A stretch of DNA of 64,000 nucleotides from Eledone cirrhosa (Eukaryota): NCBI GenBank assembly GCA_964016885.1, contig OZ024741.1, positions 113,150,001 through 113,214,000 on the forward strand, given 5' to 3'. The translations under genes and the position numbers were made by a program. The notes under the pieces are model-generated. The model was not told the origin of the DNA. It did no database searches and saw nothing but the letters and a program-made list of their open reading frames with translations. Position 1 is the stretch's first letter, and each line of letters starts with the position of its first letter. Shown in pieces: positions 29,265 to 43,687 of the stretch.

Positions 29265-29394
29265 AGGTTTTAATATAGATGAAATTCTACAGGACTAGAA
29301 CTGTTTCATTCATTAGAAATCATCAGGAATTCCTGATGATTTCTAATGAATGAAACAGTTCTAGTCCTGTAGAATCTCATCTATATTAAAACCT
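29265..29394. ncRNA. 130-bp palindrome containing two divergent hammerhead motifs
   Basis: Centre GAATTC 29327-29332; each strand reads ATTC-CTGATGA-TTTC(TAAT)GAAT-GAAA-CAG(8 nt)CTG-TA-GAAT. Confidence 0.75.
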
Positions 29395-29466
29395 TTATAC
29401 TCTGCTATGTATTGAGTACCTTACTTACTGTGGTTACCTCCGATTCAACCCGGAATAACGTATATG

Positions 29467-29578
<112 letters not shown>

Positions 29579-29594
29579 TATGTGTATATATATA

Positions 29595-29803
<209 letters not shown>

Positions 29804-29836
29804 TAATATATATTTATATATATATATATATATATG

Positions 29837-29877
<41 letters not shown>

Positions 29878-29880
29878 TAA

Positions 29881-29923
<43 letters not shown>

Positions 29924-29925
29924 TA

Positions 29926-30690
<765 letters not shown>

Positions 30691-30693
30691 GCC

Positions 30694-30721
<28 letters not shown>

Positions 30722-30724
<3 letters not shown>

Positions 30725-30979
30725 GTTGTTTCCTTGAGCAAGACACTTTATTTCACATTGCTGCGGTTTACTCAGCTGTAGAAATGAGATGATATGACTG
30801 GGGTCCTATCATTCCACTGAAAAGTGGAGGTGCCACGGCAAAAAAGCTCCCACCACTCACTGTAAATGAGGTTTGTGTTAAGAAGGGCAGCCAGCTGTAG
30901 AAATCAAGCCAGAATCAGTTCCCGTCCCACCCTTACAAGCAGGGAAAAGCAGACGTAAAATGATGATGATGATGATGAT
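30722..30979 (+). mobile_element. 5'-truncated SINE (family S2) with RTE-type tail
   Basis: CCTTGAGCAAGACACTTTATTTCAC core shared with 32694-32995; ends in RTE tail and (GAT)n. Confidence 0.75.
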
Positions 30980-31004
30980 ATGTGTATATATATGTATATA
31001 TATA

Positions 31005-32582
31005 ATGATATTAAATAAATGGAAACTATATTTATAAAACCATATTTATTTTATTATATATATTTCAAGGGCAACCAAGACAATATTGGTACGGTTTCAT
31101 CAGATAAAATACAAAGTTTGTTTTATAAATAGAGACCTACCCATGAAAATCATACCTTATCGGTTGGAAATTCACTGGATAGTGGAAATATATTAGGGAT
31201 TATTCAAACTTATGTGTGAATATGCAAATGAATATATAAATAATTGAAAAACAACCGTTTATTTAAATGACACTGGAGAAAGAGAGAGAGAAAAAAATAA
31301 TAATATTACGAGAGAGATAGAGAGAAGAAATTAACAAGAGGATGAATAGAACTCATGTAACGTTAATATGGGGGAATAAATTTTAAGTATATATCTACTA
31401 ATGGTACGTATATTTACGATTATTTAGTTTGTTAACATTCTTTTCTAATATAATATTTACTGTTATAAGTAGATAGAAAAATAAATAGATATATATAGAA
31501 AAATATATAAAAAATAAATAGATAGAAAAATAGATAGAAAAATAAATAGAAAAATAAATCAATAAATAGATAAATAGATAAATAGATAGATAAATGGATA
31601 GATGGGTATATCCTGTTATAGATAAGTGTTTTAATGAGGGATATTGGTTTATATTTAATGTAAGTATACATTGAGTTAAATTAAATTAAGTTAACTGATT
31701 TAATAAGAATATTTATATTTATATATTTTAAATTGGGAAGATACGGAAAAATCTCCAGTTTTGTTTATTTATTCGTTAGTATGAGACTATTTTGTCAAAA
31801 TAAGTATAAATGTTAAAGATATAAATGTTGAAAGATATATTTAGCCTGACTTAGTGGTTATAAATTTAATAAAAGATATTAAAAATTTTTATTAAAAAAT
31901 ATTAAAATTTCGGGAAAATTTTTTTTAAATAATTTATAAGAGATAAGTAAATTTAAAAAAAAAAAGTAATTTTTAAAATAAGTAATTTTTAAAAATATAT
32001 GAAAAATTTAAGAAATAAAAAATAAAGAATTAAAAAAAATTATTAAAATTAAAATTTAAAATTTAAATTAAAAAATTTAAAAGTTAGGATCATATATGTA
32101 TATATTTTAAGAAATTTTAAGAAGTGAAATTATAGCAAATATTATAGATATATTTAGAGATAACAATATATTAAAACAGAGTGGATAAGATTGTTATGGA
32201 AATAAGTAGAAATATTATAAGTGTAATTATAATTTATATATAGTTCTAAACATTGAATTTAGGCGATGTTTACAAGAACTAAATAAATTCGTCCGTACAT
32301 TAATAGAGTTCTTAAATTTAAGTATGAAGAAAATTTCCTCAACACACAAATTGCAAAATCTAGATAAAGCTGTGTTCAGTAGACAGGTGCTCTTCGAAAT
32401 TATTTCCCAAGTTAAAGAATAGTCCATATTTTTGCATTTTAAGTTTCATATCAGGTTTGATAGAGAAGTTGAAGATTTTTTATCAAGTTTTCGGAAAGAG
32501 CATTTGTGATTATTCCAACGACTTTTAAAATCTGTAGAAGTTGAACCTACATAGTTAAATATATTATCACTGGTTTTGACTG
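31005..32582 (-). mobile_element. 3' fragment of a Penelope-like element (GIY-YIG C-terminus, AT-rich 3' region, hammerhead)
   Basis: YVGSTSTDFKSRWNNHK...WEII...CNLCVEE...CKHR at 32227-32582; hammerhead at 31048-31110. Confidence 0.7.
31048..31110 (-). ncRNA. Minimal type I hammerhead ribozyme
   Basis: ATTTTAT-CTGATGA-(ACCAA/TTGGT stem II)-GAAA-TATATA-TA-ATAAAAT. Confidence 0.75.
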
Positions 32583-32693
32583 TATATACATATATATATG
32601 CATATATATACATAGGTATATACATATATATATACATATGTATATATATATGTAAATACATATGTATATACATATATATATATATATGTACAT

Positions 32694-32995
32694 GGAGGCA
32701 CATGGCTTAGTGGTTAGAGTATTGGGCTTGCAATCGAAAGGTTGTGAGTTCAATTCTCAGACCGGGTGATGTATTGTTTCCTTGAGCAAGACACTTTATT
32801 TCACATTGCTCCAGTTTACTCAGCTGTAGAAATAAGATGATAGGACTGGAGTCCCTAGCATGCCACGGCAAAAAAGCCAGTGGATGTGTAGGCGCCATGG
32901 AATAAAAGCACTGTAAATGAGGTTGGTAAGTGCATCCAGCTGTAGAAATCAAGCCAGAATCAGTTCCTGTCCCACCCTTGAGAAAAACGAACATA
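32694..32995 (+). mobile_element. tRNA-derived SINE (S2) with RTE-type tail
   Basis: A-box TGGCTTAGTGG, B-box GAGTTCAATTC, core, then tail CATCCAGCTGTAGAAATCAAGCC. Confidence 0.8.
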
Positions 32996-33006
32996 AAATT
33001 ATAATG

Positions 33007-33060
<54 letters not shown>

Positions 33061-33071
33061 ACATATATATA

Positions 33072-33316
33072 TGTAAAAGTTCTATTTAAATTGTTGGGAT
33101 ACAACAAGCAAATATTTCTATAACTGATATAAATCACTCAACAAATAATTGGAGCTTCCAACAGTAAGGGTTGCATTCTTTAAGGGTATGTCAATATTTA
33201 TTTATAAAACTGCTCTATATTATATTTTATCAGATGAAAGCACACCATAATTTAACTTGATGTCCTTGAAATATGTATAATGAAATAAATATAGTTTCCA
33301 TTTGTTAATATTGTAT
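33072..33316 (+). mobile_element. Solo PLE terminus: inverted tip plus hammerhead-like motif (33224-33286, core CAGATGA)
   Basis: 33072-33150 is a diverged reverse complement of 63110-63187; remainder collinear with 62935-63095. Confidence 0.65.
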
Positions 33317-33510
33317 ACATATATATATATGTATATAATGAACCCTTCATTCTTGATCTTGTGTTGTCAGTTCTGTTCACATGCCAACACAAGAGCAACA
33401 TTGAAGCGTTTATTCTACTGACATGGCTATAAAATTGAGGCTTGTTTACATAATTGCAAATGAATCGAATGTTATTATTACTATTCGAAAAACTCAGATT
33501 ACATTTATGT

Positions 33511-33627
<117 letters not shown>

Positions 33628-33761
33628 CATAAATGTAATCTGAATTTTATGTGTTTACATATATATATATTTATATATACATATATATATATATATACAT
33701 ATATATATACATATATATACACACATATATATCTATATATATATATATATATTTATAGATA

Positions 33762-33812
<51 letters not shown>

Positions 33813-33832
33813 GTATATATATATACATACAC

Positions 33833-33925
<93 letters not shown>

Positions 33926-34013
33926 ATGTAGGAGGTGAGTTTTATTGTAGTACAATAAAGCAATGCAGATATCGGATAAGAAGCACTCTACAGTTTGTGG
34001 GACTGGAGTATGC

Positions 34014-34462
<449 letters not shown>

Positions 34463-34473
34463 GTATATATATA

Positions 34474-34533
<60 letters not shown>

Positions 34534-34563
34534 TACACATATATATGTATATATATATATGTG

Positions 34564-34636
<73 letters not shown>

Positions 34637-34800
34637 GTATATATATATCTATATATATATGTATATATATATATTAATGAAAAATGGCGTGCTACATTGT
34701 TGCAAATATGAACATATGAATAAAAATAAACCGAGAAAAGTCCGTCATCAGTAGTCTGCTGATTCTCATTGGTATTTCTTTGCATTTGTATATATATATA

Positions 34801-34907
34801 TCATCATCATCATCGTTTAACGTCCATATTCCACGCTTGCATGGGCTTGGTCGGGAGTTTTCCCACTTGAGGCAAGAGTGGTTGTCTTGCTCGCATAGGA
34901 CTGTCTG
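34801..34907 (-). mobile_element. RTE family A tail fragment
   Basis: Matches 266-380. Confidence 0.8.
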
Positions 34908-34947
<40 letters not shown>

Positions 34948-34952
34948 TATAC

Positions 34953-35008
<56 letters not shown>

Positions 35009-35075
35009 ATATATATATATATGTATATATATGTATATATATATATATGTATATATATGTATATATATATATATT

Positions 35076-35134
<59 letters not shown>

Positions 35135-35700
35135 GTATATATATATATATTTATATATATATATGTATATATATATGTATATATATATGTGTGTATATGT
35201 ATATATGTATATATGTAGGGCATAATTTTCAAGTATCATTATAGTTTTAAGAAGCTTTAATTTTCTTGTATTGTTGGGTATATGTGCATGTAGAAAAAGA
35301 TAAGGCAATTTACCAGTTGAGTTGTGTATCATATATTCAATAAAGCAATTAATGTACCTCAGCAAATATGCTTTAATCTTTTTTTCTCTTAACCTGTCTA
35401 TACATATATTCTAGTAAAATCTTGGTAAAAATATCCAAAGTGTCAGATCACTCAGTCTGTGGGACAGGTTATGATCTAAAATTATGAGTAAATAAATGCT
35501 CTTGAAAACTATGTGAACATAAGTTTGTCTATCTGTAGGACAGGTATTAGGTTAGTATATATAAATATGAATAAAATAATCTCTTGAATTTCTCCCACTT
35601 CACATAACATTTTTCATTGCAATTTATTTGCAGTAGATTATTTCATTAATTGATTTACATATAAACATAGAATTTTCTTTTTCTTTTGATTTCATTGCAG

Positions 35701-36346
35701 GTGCTAATGCTAAAAATAAAAGAGCTGTTTATGAACCATCTGGAACACAACGTTGTCGACAAGTAATTTGCAGCAAAGAAATGGCTCTCACTGTTGGAGT
35801 TTTAATAGGAATTGTCATCCTAGCTGTTGCTTTTATTGCCTCATTTGCTCGTCCGGATAGCCAAAAATGCAGTATAGCCTCAGTCCAAGAGTCACTTGTT
35901 GATTCCTTGACAAACAGCTCTGAAATTGAGAGAGCAGAAGAGAGCAGTGTTGAGGAAACTGACACAAACTTCCCATGGAGTAGTGTATGGCTTCCAAAAA
36001 CTGTACATCCACTACATTATTCAATATTTATACATCCTAACCTTACTACAAGTTTGGTAACTGGAAACGTGTCAATTACCTGCAAAGCAGTCTCTTCAAC
36101 AAACTTCATTATTTTGCACAATACACAAAACATAACTGAACTGGTTATTCATTCATACAACCAAACAAAAATAAGATCCACTGATTTGATTCAACAAAAG
36201 GGCGGCAGTATGCTATATATCAAACTTGACCGCTTCCTTAAAGAGGGAGAATTAATTGACATCATCATTTATTTCCGGTCACGCTTGCAAAGTGGCATGG
36301 TTGGATTTTATCTTAGCAGTTATACAGCAGAGGATGGATCAACAAG
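35701..36346 (+). CDS. Coding exon of a type II membrane M1 aminopeptidase (ERAP/ENPEP/LNPEP-like): cytoplasmic tail, TM anchor, stalk, N-terminal domain
   Basis: Polypyrimidine tract + CAG acceptor at 35700; open frame ANAKNKRAVYEPS...; TM LTVGVLIGIVILAVAFIA; FPWSSVWLPKTVHPLHYSIFIHPNL...GNVSI...IILH...GFYLSSY; donor AG|GTAAGG. Confidence 0.9.
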
Positions 36347-36734
36347 GTAAGGATGTTTCACATTTAATAAGGTGCCTTAGCATGAAACCAGTAAAAGAGT
36401 ACAATACAGAAATAGCAGTGATAATTTTGATGATTTGTATATCTTTCTCATTTCCATGTTATATCTCATTCCTACATCTAATTTGGTATAAAATCATTTT
36501 TTTAAATCATATTGTTTTCAATTTCAATCTATAAATTTATTGTTTATCAAATCTATACAGCAAAAAGTGAGAAATTAAAAATAAATAGAAAAAAATATAC
36601 AACTAAAATAATGTGCATGTATAGCTGCATTGAGAAGAAGGTCACTTTGCAACCACAATTTTTAGTTCACTCCTACTGTGTGGCACCACTAGCAAGTGTC
36701 TTCTACTATTTTTTCAGGTTCTTCTTCTCGCATA

Positions 36735-37040
36735 TGAGTTGTGTAGCTTACTGGTTAGAGAGTTGGATTCACAATCGTATGGTTGTGAGTTTGAGTCCCA
36801 AATTGGGCGATGCATTGCATCCTTGAACAAAACATTTTATTTTCACATTGCTCCAGTTCATTCAGTGGTAGAAAGGAGTTGCAACTTCACTAATGCCAAA
36901 CTGTATTGGTCTTTACCTTTCCCTTGGACAACATTGGGGGGCATGGAAAGGGAGATTGTTATGCATGGGCATTTGTACCAAGAAGAGGAACATTCTAGGT
37001 ATAGAACCCATTGTTGTTCATGATCAAAGGGTCTTTTCCC
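36735..37040 (+). mobile_element. Degraded tRNA-derived SINE (S2-like)
   Basis: Head and CCTTGAACAAAACATTTTATTTTCACATTGCTCCAG core similar to 32694. Confidence 0.6.
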
Positions 37041-37043
37041 CTG

Positions 37044-37094
<51 letters not shown>

Positions 37095-37878
37095 GTATAG
37101 GGAGAGAGTGAAAAGGATAGATAGCTAGATAGAGAGAGAGAGAGAGTGGGGTGTACAGTCAAATTAAATGCATAGCAAGCAGTTGTGGCATCATGCAAGT
37201 AACTGGCTGATGAACAAGGAATAGTCAATAGGTCCTATTTTCCCAATATACCATGCCTTCATCTAGTTGAAGACCCTACCTTACATACAACGTAACATAT
37301 CCAGACAAATCATATGGAGGTGCAGCATAACAGTCTGGACATATTGCAGTCTCCAATTCCTAGTCTTTTGTATTCACCTTTAAGTAAATCCCATAGAGTC
37401 TGACAGGACAGTTCGACATACATTTTCTTTTTTGCTCTCTTTACTTTCTCTACTGGCAAGTATTCCAAGGAAAGCAACTCTGGTCTTTTACTTGTTACTA
37501 GACTACAACTTACTTCTATATACTTGTAGGAACATACTATAGATGGGATTGTAAGAAGTAAATATTACTTTATTGGAAGAGGACATATGAATCTACAAAA
37601 ATAAAACATATCTATGAATAAACATAGAATATTTGACAAAATAAATTGAAAATTTGCCCATTTCAACATATGACTTTGATAGATATTGAAACAATAAATG
37701 GATGATATGCTATATTGGGATGATGAATAATGATAAAGGTGAAATTATGATGGCTGATAGATTTATGAAAACTATGAATTGTAAAAAAAAGATTTCATTT
37801 TGTGCCTTGAAAATTGTATGATTATGATTTGAATTTAAAATGTTATGAAAAATATAAATACATGCATGCACACATACA

Positions 37879-37983
<105 letters not shown>

Positions 37984-38812
37984 ACATTGTGATAAAAATT
38001 ATAAATATAGACTTCTGAAAATTACAAAATATAGAAATTGAAACTGATTAAAGAAATTGATTGAAAATGGATTGGAAACGGAAAGGACTAAAAGGTTGGA
38101 CATAAAATTAATTTAAAATGAATTAAAATGACCTAAGGTGAAGTAAAGTGAATCATTAGAGAAAGATATGATTTGCCAAGCATTGACAGAGCAGCCACAG
38201 AAATACTATGTAAAGTAAGGGGATATTACTTTGGTAAAATTGTTAAGTGACCGGAAGTGATAAACATTCTTCAGAAAGAAGTTAACAAAATATAACAAAG
38301 ATAGTTACAAAGCTTCACAGTGTCGTTTAATTTACTATCCTGCTAAAACCAAATGAATTTTGTGTTAAGATGCATTTTAATGAACCAGAAGTTATTTGTA
38401 ACAATGTAATAGCTCTGACCTGAGATTTAATCTATTAGAATCAGGCTCAATTTGAGACGATGCCTAGATTTGAAGATTCCATGATGATATGACTGTGTGT
38501 AGCCTTAGATGGACTAATGATTCTGCAAGTGTAGTCTGACATCTCCAAGTACCCAAATAGGTTTTGAAAAAACTGTGGCATTGTGTCATTGAGGATTAAT
38601 GAAAACATGTTTATGCTGGTAAATTCGTGATTTGAAAGTATTTTTCGGATGTTGGCAATGGAGGATTTAGGAAAAGAGTTGTCACTTAAGTGAGCTTTAC
38701 CCCAATAAGCTACATATTTTGACAAGCAATTATCAACAAGTGAACAGTCACCAGAGTTAACACAGTTGTTGATAGATATTGCATTTGAATTGCAATTTTC
38801 AATTGCTTTTTA

Positions 38813-39007
38813 TAGACCTGTCAACTCTTGCCATCTGATGTGGAGATCTCCCACCCACTTTGGGGTGGATGAGAGATATCTTGTCTTGTGAAAATGAGTA
38901 TAGCTTTCATTATGTAAATTCTCCTTATTTTGCCTCATTTCTCCCTGTTTTGGGGCACTATTTTTCATGGTACTCCCCATTTGGGTTTTTAGAGGTTTGC
39001 AGGTCTG
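38813..39007. mobile_element. MITE-like element with imperfect TIRs and possible 6-bp TSD
   Basis: TAGACCTGTCAACTCT ... AGAGGTTTGCAGGTCTG; TTTTTA on both sides. Confidence 0.55.
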
Positions 39008-41919
39008 TTTTTACTTCCTGTTAAGTATTTGTGGTTCGTTGGGGAACTTTTATCTATATTAGTCTTTACAACTAGATGAAAGACAGAATCATGCCAAAGG
39101 ATCATGTGTTTTCCACACATATGCCTCAAATTATTGGTGTTTACTGTGTATTTTTCTTTTCATTGAAGCAACTAAGTTTTAATGCAGTATTGTCGCAGTA
39201 TTGTCGTACTTGGATGGAATTCTAAATTTTGTTTCATGTGTAGACAAAGCTGATATCAGCTTGCCAATATTAAGAATCCAGTTGTGTAGATTTTGAGTTG
39301 GAGAAACCATATAAATGAAATAGTTTCTCAATGGATTTGTGATAAATTTTAAAATTGTTTATGCTAAGATTTAGAGGAGGATCCATAAAATTTACCATTG
39401 TAGTAGTGGTTTTTGCTGTTATAATGTAAACCTATTTTGTTAAATAGATTCATTAAATTTTATGAAGCCTGCATCTGCTCATATTGCAGTGAATCGTTTT
39501 TTCAAAATATTCAGAATTTAAATAAATGTGAGGTCATAGACGTGAATACTGTCAAACGAGTTTGTAAGATTTTACTTATACCTAGCAGTGAACAGGATGA
39601 CTTGGAATATCTTTATTCACATATAAAAATAATGATAATGAAATATAATACATTAGTTAGTCAGAGCATTTTTTCATGACTTGTCTGCTTCTATTTTGAG
39701 TGTAGGAACAACAACTTAAGGATGTACTAAGAGTTAACCAGCCTGAAATAAAAAATATTGAACTAAAAATGTTTTAACAAAACAAAATGAGGTTATTACA
39801 AGTTCATAGTGTCGTCAAATACTTCATTCTATCTAAAATTAAGTGACATCAGAAAATATAACAGAAATAATGTTCTAGCAAGTACAATTATATTAATGTT
39901 AGATTCACTGCTTGGTGTGATGGTATTAGAAAAATTCTTTAGGAGATGTTTGGTGATTGAGTGATAGAAGTCAGCAATATCAAACTGTATAAATTTGTAT
40001 ATCTATTTGTTTTCTACACCACAGAACCATTTTAATACGTACATGGTACTACACCATAAGGAGAAAGGTGCTTATTAATGCTGTAATAATTGTTTCTAAT
40101 ATATGTTTACTGACTATTCTTATTTGAGGCTGGGGAGAAATAATCAACCTGCATTTAGTAAGATTGTTTTTTTGTCATACAATGTTGAGTACTGTAAATG
40201 GCAAGCTAAATACTTGACCTTAATATCGAAATATATAACACTGCAGTTCTACTAGTTTCACAGAAACATTTTAATACTTCAACATCAAGTAATTCTTTGT
40301 AATATATGTTTACTGGCTCTGCTTAGTTGAGTTAACCAACCTATCCAACTGTGCGTATGTATATAATCAATAAGTGTGTATGTGTATATACATATAATCA
40401 ATCACTGTATATATGAGTATCAGTATAATCAAAATCAATTTTGATCAAATTATGCATAATCACTATAATGTAAGGAAATTAACAATGATTAGTAGAGTTT
40501 ACCAATAGTTAACGTTAATTTAGAAAAAAAATTCAAGGTATTTTAGTGCATTAGTGAACAAATACTTAATATTTTGTGTTGAGACTTACATTTGAAAAGC
40601 AAAAGTCAAATTATTGTGAGAAGGTTTTACATTAAATTAGGCAATCTCTGTAACAAAGATAAATCATTTCTTGTACACCTGCAACATTAGCCAATCAGTC
40701 AGTTATTAACTTCAACCACGTAATTGTCAATCAAGACAAGCATTAAATTTTCATTCTCAGTCTAATGTAATTGACTTTTCTGGAATGTATATAAATATAA
40801 TTAAAAATAAATATATTTAGTGATATTGTTATTATGTGAGGCGTGCCCCATCACCATTATCCAGGTCATCTCTCATTGAGCACATATGAATGGTATGAAT
40901 ATAGTCAACCAAGCAACAAGGATGTATTCTTTTTTAGTTATACTATGCCCACACTGAGTTGAAGATCATATTGCATACTACAACATGCACTGATAAATCA
41001 TGTGGTGCAGTGTGCTAGTCTGGTTATATTACACTCTCTTCGCTGTCCAGTCTATTTCAATACCCTTGTACATTCAAGTAATGCTCACAGCAAACCTAAG
41101 CAAGGTAGATGAGGTCAGAGTACAATATTTGCTGTTCCTCTGCACTCATTAATTGTGGTATGCATCACAGTACAGTGTTTGGAGCTGCTAGTGAGGCTAT
41201 TGACATTGCAGTTAATTATGTGAGTAGGTGGGTTTTATGTTTGGTTATGCTGTTTTGAAGAGATTACACTAAGATTTAAAATAGTAACTAAAACTCTGCT
41301 ATTGTAAGATTGCTGTTCTATGTAAATCTATTTTGTTAAATAGTTTAAGTTCTTCCTAAATCTATCAAGCCTTTCTTGCTCATATTTTTCCAAAATCATC
41401 AATCTGTTATCTTGGGATATAGAAAGCAGAACCGACATAGTCTATGACGGATCTGATGTATTGTTTCTACACTATTGTTGTTTCTTTCTGTTGTTGATTA
41501 AATATGGCCCCTGCAGTTGCATCGTCACTATGCCTTTTCTGTGTATGACAAATGTTGTGGGGGCGGTGTATCTAACTCTGGTTATGTTTGCTTTCTGTGT
41601 GTATGATATATTTGTGTTGTTGAGTATGATGGGTTATTGTAGTTTATGTTCTCTTGTGTTTCAAGCAAGAAGGAAGACAAAGGATTTTATAAGTGCTACT
41701 TAGTCTTTTGTTTTGTGCCAGCTTCCTACAAGATTGATGTATAATAAGAGTTGATGTGCAAGTATCTCTGGAGAATAATAGAAATATGTGTGCATGTGTG
41801 TTTGATTTTATCTCTGTATGAGATTGCGTATATGTTTTGAGGAAATCCTTTTTATTCTGAAAATTTTATAGTTTTGGTATAAATAGCAGTAATAGTAGTT
41901 GTTGTTAGACAAGCTCAAA

Positions 41920-42080
41920 TATGGCGGTTGATTGGTGAATTGTTAGAATGCTGGATAAATGTTTTGCAGTATTTCTTCAGCTTCTTTACATTCCGAGTTC
42001 CGAACCTACCAATGTCAGTTTGCCTTACATCCTTGTAGCCGGTAAAATAAAGTAACAGTAAAGTGCTCGGGTTGATTTAA
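41920..42080 (+). mobile_element. Degraded SINE (S1-like)
   Basis: GGCGGTTGATTGG...GAGTTCCGAACC...TTTGCCTTACATCC...TAAAATAAAGTA. Confidence 0.55.
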
Positions 42081-42104
42081 TCAAATTTTCCTCCTGAATA
42101 TAAT

Positions 42105-42630
42105 ACTGGGTGTATTTTAGCATGCCATTATCACTAAAACCTTGCAGGGTGTGCTAGGTGTATTTTATCATAGCACCAGCACTATCACCTTGCAGGTCAG
42201 ATGGAATGAATTTTATTGTGGCACCAGTACTAAAACTTTACAGGGTGGATTGGGTATATTTTATCATAGGCACTAGCACTATCACCTTATAGGGTGGATT
42301 GAGTATATTTTATTGTGGCACCAGTGCTAACACTTTACAGGGTCAACTGGGTGTATTTTATCATGGAACCAGCACTACCACCACACAGAATGGACTGGAT
42401 GGATTTTGTTGTGGCACAAATACTACTATCATGCAGGGTGGAATGGGTGTATTTTATCATGGCACCAGCACTACCACCTTGCAGGTTAGATGGGATGAAT
42501 GTTATTGTGGCACAAACAGTACCAACTAGCAGATTCGACTGGATGTATTTTATTATGGCACTACTGCTACCACATTGAAGGTTTGCCTGGGTGTATTTTT
42601 CATGGCACCAGCACTACCACCATGCAGGCA
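42105..42630. repeat. 48-bp minisatellite, about 11 units, with alternating variants
   Basis: Consensus GGTGTATTTTATCATGGCACCAGCACTACCACCTTGCAGGGTGGACTG. Confidence 0.85.
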
Positions 42631-42829
42631 GGTCTTCTATTTAAAAATGGCAAAGTGCATTTCACATTGATTTGGTTGTTATTTCTAGCTGCTGTGTTTG
42701 CTTGTATGGTTTTAGATTTTTATATTGCTTTTCTGAGACTGTGTTGGAGGTAAGTAGTCAAAGTTACAGTCTATGTGCGAAGTGCATACCCTTTGTTTTG
42801 TGTTCCTGTTCTGTTTGTGGTGCTTTAGG

Positions 42830-43336
42830 AGGTTGATGATGCTGATACTAATGATGCTGCTCATGATGATGATGATAAAAAGAATAAAGAGAGGGGAGAG
42901 AAGCAAGACTGTGATGGCAGTGATGATGATGAGGAGGAAGAATAGAAAGGGAACAGTGATGGCAGTGATGATGAGAAGGATGGGGCAAGGGAAGGGAAGC
43001 ACACCAGTGACAGCAGAGATGACGATGGTAAAGATGGTGGTGATGATGATGATGATGATGAAGAGAAGGATGAAAGGCAAGAGACATAAGACAGTGATGG
43101 TAGTGATGATGGTGGGGAAGATGGTGATGAGGATCAGGAAGAGTAGAGGGAAGCGAAGCAGGACAGTGATGGCAGTGAAGGTGATAGTGATGATGATGAT
43201 GAAGATGGTAATGATGAGGAGGAATAGAGTGAAGAGGAGCAGAACAGCGATGGCATTGATGATGATAGTGATGATGGTGTTAACGATGAAGATGCTAATG
43301 GTAATGATAATGAAGATGATGAAATTGATGATGATT
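42830..43336. repeat. (GAT)n/purine-rich compound low-complexity repeat
   Basis: Repeated CAGTGATGGCAGTGATGATG...GAGG blocks. Confidence 0.85.
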
Positions 43337-43642
43337 TAGTTTCTACAATTGTACCAGCCCGAGCAACTGCATGGAAACTTCCTTTATTGGCTAATTAATA
43401 TTTTTTGCTATATAATATGGTGCATAGAGATCATAGTGCAGGAACATGCAAGTATCCAAGGAACTATGCTACTTACATAATAGGAAAGAGCTCCAAGAGG
43501 AACCCATTGAATGAGGTTACTGATACAATACATATCTACCACAGCAGAGTTGATAAATTAAAAGAAACAAACAAAAACTTTATCAGTCAGGTTATGCATA
43601 CATATATGGATATAGTTACAGACACACAAGCATACACAAGCA

Positions 43643-43687
<45 letters not shown>

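Noticed and set aside
38000-41700. Faint coding-like remnants, e.g. ORF 38447-38725, possibly an ancient LINE
   Set aside because: No diagnostic motif could be read with confidence
42105-42630. Regularly spaced repeats resembling a CRISPR array
   Set aside because: No unique spacers, the whole unit is repeated, eukaryotic context and no cas genes
42712-43339. Met-rich 188-aa and His/Ile-rich ORFs
   Set aside because: (GAT)n low-complexity repeat; no splice signals or domain
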